Origin: Akkermansia muciniphila
Lineage (GTDB): Bacteria; Verrucomicrobiota; Verrucomicrobiia; Chthoniobacterales; Chthoniobacteraceae
NCBI GenBank assembly: GCA_945883955.1
Contig: CAMCYN010000001.1
Span: forward strand, 1 to 58,535
DNA: 58,535 nt
Direction: 5' to 3'
The position numbers were made by a program, and so were the translations under genes. Positions within the stretch are counted from its first letter, which is position 1. Every line of letters starts with the position of its first letter. Below are positions 9,292 to 17,195 of the stretch, piece by piece. The notes below the pieces were generated by a model. It was given only the letters and a program-made list of their open reading frames with translations. It had not been told where the DNA came from and did no database searches.

Positions 9292-10656
9292 ATGGTTCGC
9301 CCACTCATCGCAGCGCTCCTGTTAGCCACACCGCTTCTAGCGGCAGATGCTCCGAACTTCGAAGATCACGTCCTGCCCCTCCTTCGTGATCATTGTGTGA
9401 GCTGTCATCGACCAGGCAAGACTCGCGCCGGTCTGGATCTCACAAACGTGGCGGCTATTGAAAAAGGAGGTTCTTCGGGGGCCTCGGTAGTGCCCGGGGT
9501 TGCGGAGAATAGTCCGTTGTATCGGGCGATCGCGCACATCGGGAAAGAAGAGGCCATGCCGCCGGATAAGGATCGTTTGTCAGACCCCATTCTGAAGGTT
9601 TTTAAGGGGTGGATTGAAGGGGGCTTGAAGCCGACGGCAAGTGGGCTCGCGAAGAAAGCCTCCGCTGTGCTGGATATCGCCATTGATCCCGCGACGCTTG
9701 GAGCGCCGAAGGAACCGATTGTTTACGTCAAAGAATTGCCGTCGACCTTGTCCGAGAGGAAAGGAAGAGCGTTGCCGGTGAGTGCGCTTGCCACAAATCC
9801 GTGGGCCCCGGTTGTGGCAGTCGGCGGGCATCGGGAAGCCGTGTTGCACGATCTGGAAAGCGGCAAACGGATCGGGAGTTTGCCGTTCGCGCCAGGCGAT
9901 GTTCGTGTGTTGCGTTTTAGCCGGAACGGAAAGCTCGTGTTGATGGCTGGAGGAAAGGAGACGGCCTCGGGCAAGGCTGTGCTTGTCGATGTCACCACGG
10001 GGAAAGTTATCGCCACGATCGGAGACGATTTTGATGTCGTGCTGGCCGCAGACCTCAGTCCGGACCAGAGCCTGCTCGCACTTGGCGGGCCTGAAAAACT
10101 CGTGCGCGTGTATCGGGTGGCGGATGGCAGCCTGGCCTACACGGTGAAGAAGCATACGGACTTCATCACGAGCATTGAATTTTCGCCCGATGGAAAGTCG
10201 ATCGCCAGCGGGGACCGTGCGTCGGGCCTTTATATCTATCCTGCGGCTTCGGGCACCTCGCCCGCTCTCATCGAGGGGGTGGTGGATGGGGTGCATCAGC
10301 TTGCGTGGCGGCCGGATGGAAAAGTTTTGGGCGTGGCTTCCGGGGATGGGAGTGCGCTAATTGTGGACCCGGAGAAGCGCAATATCGCCTCTAAATGGGA
10401 CGCTCATAAACGAGGGTGTCTGAGCCTCGCTTTCGCAAAAGATGGTCGAATCCTGACAGGCGGTCATGACGGAACAACCCGGCTTTGGAAAGCTGACGGA
10501 ACTAAGGTAAGCGAAAACGTAGGGTACGCTGGGAGCACCTTCCGCGTCGCCTTTAACCACAACGACAGTGAAGCTTTTGCGAGTGACTGGAGTGGTCAGG
10601 TGCGTGGCTGGAAACTGGATGACGGCAGTGAAGTGCGCCGGTTGAGTTCGCAATAA
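9292..10656 (+). CDS. Planctomycete cytochrome c (PSCyt1) domain fused to a WD40 beta-propeller
   Basis: The N-terminus FEDHVLPLLRDHCVSCHRPGKTRAGLDL carries a CxxCH motif, followed by ..AMPP. After that come repeated WD-like blocks (HTDFITSIEFSPDGKSIASGD, GCLSLAFAKDGRILTGGHDGTTRLW). Confidence 0.8.
   Translation: MVRPLIAALLLATPLLAADAPNFEDHVLPLLRDHCVSCHRPGKTRAGLDLTNVAAIEKGGSSGASVVPGVAENSPLYRAIAHIGKEEAMPPDKDRLSDPILKVFKGWIEGGLKPTASGLAKKASAVLDIAIDPATLGAPKEPIVYVKELPSTLSERKGRALPVSALATNPWAPVVAVGGHREAVLHDLESGKRIGSLPFAPGDVRVLRFSRNGKLVLMAGGKETASGKAVLVDVTTGKVIATIGDDFDVVLAADLSPDQSLLALGGPEKLVRVYRVADGSLAYTVKKHTDFITSIEFSPDGKSIASGDRASGLYIYPAASGTSPALIEGVVDGVHQLAWRPDGKVLGVASGDGSALIVDPEKRNIASKWDAHKRGCLSLAFAKDGRILTGGHDGTTRLWKADGTKVSENVGYAGSTFRVAFNHNDSEAFASDWSGQVRGWKLDDGSEVRRLSSQ
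10637..10655 (+). repeat. 19-nt perfect direct repeat GCCGGTTGAGTTCGCAATA, copy 1 (natural 3' end of the WD40 gene)
   Basis: An identical string occurs at 11921-11939. Weaker similarity extends about 15 nt upstream of both copies, and both copies end in a stop in the same phase (TAA / TAG). Confidence 0.9.
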
Positions 10657-10752
10657 CTACGAGACCGGAAAGGCGGTCCATTTTGCGTACGCAGAAGAGT
10701 TCCTGCCGCCACGTTTTAGGTCCCACCGCAATCACTCCCCCCCAACACCTCC

Positions 10753-11409
10753 ATGAACCGATATAAACCCCCTCTATTTCAGCGTCGCATTATGAGCGGC
10801 AAGCTTTGTCTTGCCGTACTCGGGCTTGTTCTCGCCCCCCTCTGCCTTGCCGCAGATTCCCAAAAGGTGAAGGTACTGGAATCTTGCAACACTGTTGATT
10901 TGAAGGCGCTTAGGATCTACGAAGCAAAAGTGAAGGCAGTAACCACTCAGGATCCAGCGCATCGAAAAGCGATCGAAATAGTGATGGATTACGCCAAAGC
11001 CGGTGCGTGGTCTGGAATTGGGAAAGATTTTCCTCCTGGTGTGAACTTGAAGAAATATTCCGCAATCCGCTTCTGGGTTCGGAGCGACTGCGGCACAGGT
11101 TTTGGATTCGGTCTCGGAGGGGATTACAAAAGGGCCGATGGCAAATACCCTGGGTTTGGCGGGGTAGGATATACAGCCAGTGAGACTTGGACCCAGATCA
11201 CTATCCCCTTGGAAAACTTCAAACGCGGCACGATCAAAACCTGGGACCCGGTAAAGAAGGAGCAGGTTATTCTTCCGGGTGGCGACTCGATGGATGCGCA
11301 AGATCTGGCCAACGTCTCACGCTGGGGCCTTCACAGTTACGTCAATAACCGAGGCACCTCCACCATAGGGCACCTGATGTTTGACGCTTTCGAGTTGGTC
11401 GAAAGATAG
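10753..11409 (+). CDS. Hypothetical secreted protein (possible carbohydrate-binding/CIA30-like fold)
   Basis: 218-aa ORF with a signal peptide (MSGKLCLAVLGLVLAPLCLAADS; an alternative start lies at 10792). The family call is weak. Confidence 0.5.
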   Translation: MNRYKPPLFQRRIMSGKLCLAVLGLVLAPLCLAADSQKVKVLESCNTVDLKALRIYEAKVKAVTTQDPAHRKAIEIVMDYAKAGAWSGIGKDFPPGVNLKKYSAIRFWVRSDCGTGFGFGLGGDYKRADGKYPGFGGVGYTASETWTQITIPLENFKRGTIKTWDPVKKEQVILPGGDSMDAQDLANVSRWGLHSYVNNRGTSTIGHLMFDAFELVER

Positions 11410-11422
11410 GCCCGCACAAGGC

Positions 11423-11920
11423 TCACTCCAAAACACTCTGCTGCAGCGCTTTCGCTACGGCTACTGCGCGTGTTGTCACCTGCAGCTTCCCGTAAATGGC
11501 CCGCATGTGGGTGTCGACAGTGTGGATGCCCACCCCCATCCGGGCCGCGATTTTTTAATTAATCCTTCCACAATGAGGTGCAAAACCTCCCGCTCCCGCT
11601 CCTTTAAGTCGTACGATTCCCCGGGTTCTAGCTTTGCTGCCGGGCGTGCAAAATGTTCGAGCAATTTCCGCGCAACACGATGCGTGAGTGGAGAACCTCC
11701 GGATTGTACGTCACCAATCGCTTCTGCGATTTGTTGAACCAGTGCTGTTTTGAGAAGATAGCCGTGGGCTCCTCCTGGGATGGCAGCGGAGACTTTGGCG
11801 TCATCTTCAAACACCGTGAGGATCAGAATATGCGCTTCCGGTGCGGCCTCGCGTAACTAGGGTATACCCTGCGATCCATCCGTTCCCGGCAACCCAACAT
11901 CTAAGAGGAATGTGAGTTGA
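11423..11920 (-). pseudogene. Decayed NarL/LuxR-type response regulator (paralogue of 16548..17195)
   Basis: Hand translation gives ..LTFLLDVGLPGTDGSQGIP-TAG-LREAAPEAHILILTVFEDDAKV..GYLLKT..YDLKEREREVLHLIVEGLIKK, then a -1 shift, then IAARMGVGIHTVDTHMRAIYGKLQVTTRAVAVAKALQQSVLE-stop. Three lesions are visible. About 45 N-terminal codons are missing. There is an in-frame TAG at 11857-11859. There is a frameshift in the homopolymer at 11551-11556. Confidence 0.8.
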
Positions 11921-11939
11921 GCCGGTTGAGTTCGCAATA
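11921..11939 (+). repeat. 19-nt perfect direct repeat, copy 2 (junction where the response-regulator relic is truncated)
   Basis: Identical to 10637-10655. Homology of the relic to the intact regulator starts immediately inside this copy. Confidence 0.9.
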
Positions 11940-11980
11940 GAGCCTGAAACCAGAAGGTCCCCCCTAGGTGTTCTGGAGCC

Positions 11981-13474
11981 CTACGCCAGCAGGCCCTCAA
12001 TGACGTGCCCATGTACGTCGGTCAGGCGCCGATCGATTCCGTTGTGCCGGAAGGTGAGCTTCGTGTGGTCGATTCCGAGCAATTGGAGAATGGTAGCGTG
12101 AATGTCGTACACCTGCACCGAGTTGGCGCGGTCCGCTGGTTTATAACCCCATTCGTCGCTCTCTCCACACGTCACCCCGCCTTTGATCCCTCCCCCGCAA
12201 AGCCAGTTCGTAAACACGAACGGGTTGTGGTCGCGCCCTTTGCCGCCCTGCCCGCACGGCATTCGGCCAAACTCCGTGGTCCACAGGATGATCGTGTCCT
12301 CTAACAGACCCCGTTCCTTGAGATCCTGGATCAGCGCCACCGTTCCCTTGGCCATACCCGTGGCCAGCGGACCGTGATCGCGTGCGATGTCCTCATGCGA
12401 ATCCCAGTTCCGACGCGGAAACCCGTTGTCATTCCCCGACCAGATTTGCACGAAGCGCACGCCCCGTTCCAAAAGCCGCCGCGCGGTGAGACATTTCCGC
12501 CCGAAAGCGTCTGCTTCCTCGGCCGCATTGATCTCTTTCGGCCACGATTTGGTGCTTTCATCAATACCGTACCGTTCAAGCACGGCGGAAGATTCACCCG
12601 AGAAATCCAGAGCCCCAGGTACCGCGAGCTGCATCTTTGCCGCGAGTTCGTAACTGCGGATCCGTGCTTCCAGACGAGCGTCTCCGGGGCGCTCACTGGC
12701 GTGGCCTTTGTTGAGTTTGGCCAGGAGATCGAGCCCATCCGTTTCGCCTGCGGGAGTGATATAATCGGATTTCGGCGGCAACAAATCTTCGATCGGACGC
12801 TCCGCATTCACCCGCACTATGGTTCCCTGATGTTGGCCGGGCAAAAATCCGGAGTCCCAGTTTTTCTGACCGTTGGAAGGCATTCCACGCAGATCGGGTA
12901 ACACCACGAATGCGGGCAAATTTTCGTTCATGGACCCGAGTGCGTAGCAACCCCAGGAACCCATGCTGGGAAAACCCGGAAGCACAAAGCCCGTGGTCTG
13001 CAGCAGGGTTGCCTGGCTGTGAACGCCCGATTTTCCGACCAGGTTGTGCACAAACGCCATCTCATCCACGACACTCCCGAATGGGGCAACCACTTCGCTG
13101 AGCATCTTGCCGCAGTTCCCGTACGGATTGAATTTCCAGGGCGAAGAGAAGGTCTCCCCCGCGGCGCTCTGAAAAAGTTCCACGGCTTCACCCGGATCCC
13201 ACTTTTCGCCGTGGCGCTTAAAGAGCTCGGGTTTGTAATCCCACATGTCCACGTGGCTGGCGGCTCCCGCCATGAAGAGTTGGACAACGCGTTTTGCTTT
13301 CTGGGGAAAATGGAGAACTCCACTGGTTGGACCGGAAGCGCTTCCGAGGAGGTTTTCCGAGCCGAGCAAACTTGCGAGAGCGATCCCGCCTAAGCCGCCT
13401 CCGGAGCGGAACAGAAACTCGCGGCGTGACAGGTTCTCCGAGACGGTTTGGCGATGATAAGGAGAGGTGTTCAT
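11981..13474 (-). CDS. DUF1501 domain protein with Tat-type signal
   Basis: RREFLFRSGGGLGGIALASLLG near the N-terminus and TTEFGRMPCGQGGKGRDHNPF near the C-terminus. It lies 12 nt downstream of the PSCyt/DUF1553 gene. Confidence 0.85.
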   Translation of the reverse strand: MNTSPYHRQTVSENLSRREFLFRSGGGLGGIALASLLGSENLLGSASGPTSGVLHFPQKAKRVVQLFMAGAASHVDMWDYKPELFKRHGEKWDPGEAVELFQSAAGETFSSPWKFNPYGNCGKMLSEVVAPFGSVVDEMAFVHNLVGKSGVHSQATLLQTTGFVLPGFPSMGSWGCYALGSMNENLPAFVVLPDLRGMPSNGQKNWDSGFLPGQHQGTIVRVNAERPIEDLLPPKSDYITPAGETDGLDLLAKLNKGHASERPGDARLEARIRSYELAAKMQLAVPGALDFSGESSAVLERYGIDESTKSWPKEINAAEEADAFGRKCLTARRLLERGVRFVQIWSGNDNGFPRRNWDSHEDIARDHGPLATGMAKGTVALIQDLKERGLLEDTIILWTTEFGRMPCGQGGKGRDHNPFVFTNWLCGGGIKGGVTCGESDEWGYKPADRANSVQVYDIHATILQLLGIDHTKLTFRHNGIDRRLTDVHGHVIEGLLA

Positions 13475-13486
13475 GGCTCAGGGGGC

Positions 13487-16400
13487 TTAGTCGACAAAGG
13501 AGAACTCGTTCAGGTTCAGAAGGACGCGGCAGGTGTTGGGGAGCCCGTGTTTCTGGGTGAACTCAAGGAGCGCCTGTTTTTCGAGACTGGTTGGGGGACG
13601 GTTTAACGCCAGCTGATAGGCCGCTGCCAGACGGGCCTCCGGATCGGGGCTCAGGGATTCGAGCCGGTGCGCGAAGTGTTTCGCCATCGCCACAACGAGA
13701 CGATTGTTCACCATGGCCAGAGCCTGGAGGGCGTTGACGGTTTCGTTGCGTTTCTCCACTGCCATGGACGGATCCGCACAGTCGAGAACCGCCATAAACG
13801 GTTGCGGCTGCGAGCGTACGATAAATCGATAAATCGAACGCCGGTGTGTCTTTGTGTCTTCGACATCGCTCCACTCATACTCGTAGTGAGGAGAATGCTG
13901 CGGTTTATCTATGACGAAATCCTGATAGCCCGGGCCGCCCATTTGCAGGTCGAGTTTGCCCGAAACAGCCAGAACCGTGTCTCGAACCGCCTCGGCTTCG
14001 AGTTTGCGGCGGTTCATGCGCCACAGGAGTGTGTTGTTCGCGTCGAGTTTTTCGTTCTCAGGATTGCCCACCGAGGACTGACGATACGTGGCGCTTGTGA
14101 CGATCAGCTTGTGAAGCGCTTTGAGCGATTGCGATCCGTCGCGGAACTCGGCGGAAAGCCACTCCAAAAGCTCGGGATGACTTGGCAAACGTCCCATCTT
14201 CCCAAAGTCACTTGGCGAATCACAAATCCCGCGTCCGAAGTGGTATTGCCAGATCCGGTTGGTGATGGTCCTCCAGGTGAGGGGATTCTGTTTGTCACTG
14301 ACCCAGCTCGCGAGGGCCGCGCGACGTTGGCCTTCGGGTTGATCGGCGGGAATGTCAAATTGCGCGGGAAGTTCGCGGAAAAACGAAACGGTGCCCGGCA
14401 GCACTTCGTGAAGCGGTTGGCGTACATCCCCTCGCTTGAGCAGAAAAATGGGCCGCGGTTTCCCACCAGACGCTCCCGTGCCGGCGAAGTTGCCCGTGCC
14501 CCGGTGGATCGTTCCGACGTAAGCCAGTTGCGGCACCGGCAATTTCCGCAGATTGGCTGCGAGCTGAGCCGATGCGGCTTCGTTATCGGAAATCTGTTGG
14601 GAAACGGCGGCAGGATCTTTGCCTTCCTTCGCGCGTAACCCGTTCCGTTCCTGTTCCAGCCCGGCGATAACGGAAGGGTCTGGCTCTGTTCGTGGTCCGT
14701 AGAAGTATCCGTCCACCAGGTTCTGGCGTCCCCACCTCGGCGGGGCGTCAATGGAGTCCAGGGACGTCACGGTTACGCCTCGTGCGATGTTTCGTCCTTT
14801 GGCGTCGAGGACTTCGAGTTCGGCTAGCGCGAAGATGTAATCGTTCTTGCGTGGAGCGAGCTTGGTGGCGGTGAAGCGAATGTAACGGCCTCGTTCATTT
14901 GCTTTGAGATCAAGGGGACGGCAGCCCGGGTTTTCGACATCGGCTGCTAGATGGTTCTCCAGGACTTTCACACCCACTTTGAAGTCTGGATCATCGGAGA
15001 GCTCGATCTTGTACCGAACCGGAAAACCAAACCCCGGTCCGATTCGGTTAAACCAGTCGTGACAGGCCACGTACCGGATTTTCTGGAAACTCTGAATCGA
15101 GCCCAAATCCAGTTGCACCCATTTCGTGACGTCCTGCTGGGATTCGATCCGGCTGTGGTAACCAAACTCGACGCGTTCGACGGCGCTTCTGCCCTCTTTG
15201 AGTTCCGCGATTCGCTTTTCGAGTAAACCAATCCGGTTCTCTTCCTGAGCCGTTCTTTTGTCGTTGAGGCGCTGGCGTTCGTCGTCCAAACGCCTTTTCT
15301 CGCTTTCCAGACGTTGGCGGGTGGCCGCGATTTCGGGGTCCGGATCAAACGGTTTGTCCGAACGATCCAGCGCTGAAAAGACGGCCTGAAGCCGATAATA
15401 GTCCTCCTGTTTTATCGGATCGAACTTGTGGTTGTAGCACCGGGCGCATTGTACGGTTGTGGCGCAGAAGGTGTTCATCGTGTTCGCGACCATATCGTCG
15501 CGATCGAGCGATCGGGCGATTTTGCCGTCGGTCTTACTCTCCGAAACTTCAGCGTGCCCGACCAGATCCCAGGGGCCGGCCGCGATAAACCCCGGAGCGG
15601 ACCAGCCGTCTTCGGTGCCTGGAAAAAGAACGTCCCCCGCGATCTGTTCCTGCACAAAACGCGCGTAGGGTTTGTCGGCATTTAGCGAACGGATGACGTA
15701 ATCGCGATACGGCCAGGCGTTGGGCCGGGGTTTGTCTTTGTCGTAGCCGTGTGTGTCGCCGTAATGCACCACATCGAGCCAGTGCCGCGCCCAGCGTTCG
15801 CCGTACCGGGGTGAGGCGAGAAGACGTTCGGCGAGTTGGCCGATGGCGTTTTCTTTATCCAGCGCAGCCGCTTTTTCGAACTCGGCAGTTTCCTCGGGTG
15901 TTGGAGGCAGGCCGGTGAGATCAAAACTCATCCGGCGAATCAGGGTGCGAGAATCGGCTTCGGGCGCTGGGGACATTCCCTTTTCGGCGAGTTTCTGGAG
16001 AACGAACCGATCGATTGGGTTGCGCGCGGACCCGGCGGGGATCGGGGGTTGCTGAAGCGGCTTTAAGGACCACCAGTCTAAGGGATCCACTTTTGCCACC
16101 GTTTGGCTTTCCGGCCACTGGGCTCCCTGATCTATCCAGGCGCGCAAAACGCCGATTTCTTCGGGCGAAAGCTTTTCGCCTTTGGGAGGCATTTTGGTGT
16201 CCGGATCTAGTCCGGCGACGAATTGGATGAGGGGACTCTCGGCGCTTTTGCCGGGGTGAATATTGGGAGCGTGTTCATCGCCTCCGGTGAGGGCGCTGTC
16301 TTTTTGGTCCAGGCGATAGCCGCCCTTTTGTTTTTCTTCGCCGTGGCATTTGAGGCATTTGGCTTCGAAGATCGGCTGAACATCCCGGGTGAAGTCGATT

Positions 16401-16492
16401 TTTCTATCGGCGGCTGGAGGCAGCGAGGCGGCGGCGGCCAGAGTCGTGCAGCTCACCAATGGAATGAAAACCAGGGGGGACAGGAACTTCAT
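13487..16492 (-). CDS. PSCyt1 + DUF1549 + coiled coil + discoidin (F5/8 type C)-like insert + DUF1553 protein
   Basis: FEAKCLKCHGEEKQKGGYRLD (CxxCH), VQCARCYNHKFDPIKQEDYYRLQAVF and NRIWQYHFGRGICDSPSDFG are family hallmarks. The insert is WVQLDLGS..GFGFPVRYKIELSDDPDF..RYIRFTATKL..ALAELEV. The likely start is MKFLSPL at 16492; the track ORF extends to 16537. Confidence 0.85.
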   Translation of the reverse strand: MKFLSPLVFIPLVSCTTLAAAASLPPAADRKIDFTRDVQPIFEAKCLKCHGEEKQKGGYRLDQKDSALTGGDEHAPNIHPGKSAESPLIQFVAGLDPDTKMPPKGEKLSPEEIGVLRAWIDQGAQWPESQTVAKVDPLDWWSLKPLQQPPIPAGSARNPIDRFVLQKLAEKGMSPAPEADSRTLIRRMSFDLTGLPPTPEETAEFEKAAALDKENAIGQLAERLLASPRYGERWARHWLDVVHYGDTHGYDKDKPRPNAWPYRDYVIRSLNADKPYARFVQEQIAGDVLFPGTEDGWSAPGFIAAGPWDLVGHAEVSESKTDGKIARSLDRDDMVANTMNTFCATTVQCARCYNHKFDPIKQEDYYRLQAVFSALDRSDKPFDPDPEIAATRQRLESEKRRLDDERQRLNDKRTAQEENRIGLLEKRIAELKEGRSAVERVEFGYHSRIESQQDVTKWVQLDLGSIQSFQKIRYVACHDWFNRIGPGFGFPVRYKIELSDDPDFKVGVKVLENHLAADVENPGCRPLDLKANERGRYIRFTATKLAPRKNDYIFALAELEVLDAKGRNIARGVTVTSLDSIDAPPRWGRQNLVDGYFYGPRTEPDPSVIAGLEQERNGLRAKEGKDPAAVSQQISDNEAASAQLAANLRKLPVPQLAYVGTIHRGTGNFAGTGASGGKPRPIFLLKRGDVRQPLHEVLPGTVSFFRELPAQFDIPADQPEGQRRAALASWVSDKQNPLTWRTITNRIWQYHFGRGICDSPSDFGKMGRLPSHPELLEWLSAEFRDGSQSLKALHKLIVTSATYRQSSVGNPENEKLDANNTLLWRMNRRKLEAEAVRDTVLAVSGKLDLQMGGPGYQDFVIDKPQHSPHYEYEWSDVEDTKTHRRSIYRFIVRSQPQPFMAVLDCADPSMAVEKRNETVNALQALAMVNNRLVVAMAKHFAHRLESLSPDPEARLAAAYQLALNRPPTSLEKQALLEFTQKHGLPNTCRVLLNLNEFSFVD

Positions 16493-16547
16493 GGCGCCGA
16501 TTCTAGGCGCAAGCCAGAGGTTCGGGAAATCACGCAAACGCGTGGTT

Positions 16548-17195
16548 TTACACCAACTTTTCCTTGAGCGCCTTGGCGACCGCTTCCGAGCGGGTATTCA
16601 CTTCGAGCTTGATGTAAATCTTCCGCAAATGGCTGTCGATGGTGTGAATGCTTAGCCCCAGCGCTTGTGCGATCTCCTTTTTGAGTTGGCCAGTTGTGAG
16701 ATGATTCAGAATCTCAATCTCACGTTCACTCAGGTCGTAATCCTTCGTGGGCCGCCCAAACTGGGAAAACATCTCCAGCACACGGCGCGCAATCCGCCCA
16801 TTCATGGGCGCCCCGCCCCCAACCACCTCCCGAATCGCAGCCGTGATTTCTTCCGGGGACGCCGTCTTCAGCAGATACCCCGCAGCACCCGCACAAATGG
16901 CCCGGAAGATTTTGTCGTCATCGTCGAACACCGTGAGAATTAGAATTTTGGTGTCCGGCAGTTTCTCCCGGAGTAATGGGAGCGCATGCAGCCCACTCAT
17001 CCCGGGAAGGCCTACATCGAGCAGGATGATGTCGGGTTTAAGGCCACGTTCGGTGGCCGCCAGAGCATGTTCGCACCGGGCGAATCCTTCGGTGCATTCG
17101 AACCCGTCCTGGCTTTCCAAAACCCGAGCCAGCGTACGCCGGAAGGTGGTGTTGTCTTCAATGAGCCAAATCTGGAGGGGCGAAGGCGAACTCAT
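16548..17195 (-). CDS. NarL/FixJ-type response regulator (REC + LuxR HTH)
   Basis: Phospho-acceptor region IILLDVGLPGMSG. C-terminal HTH LSEREIEILNHLTTGQLKKEIAQALGLSIHTIDSHLRKIYIKL. ATGA overlap with the kinase gene. Confidence 0.9.
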   Translation of the reverse strand: MSSPSPLQIWLIEDNTTFRRTLARVLESQDGFECTEGFARCEHALAATERGLKPDIILLDVGLPGMSGLHALPLLREKLPDTKILILTVFDDDDKIFRAICAGAAGYLLKTASPEEITAAIREVVGGGAPMNGRIARRVLEMFSQFGRPTKDYDLSEREIEILNHLTTGQLKKEIAQALGLSIHTIDSHLRKIYIKLEVNTRSEAVAKALKEKLV

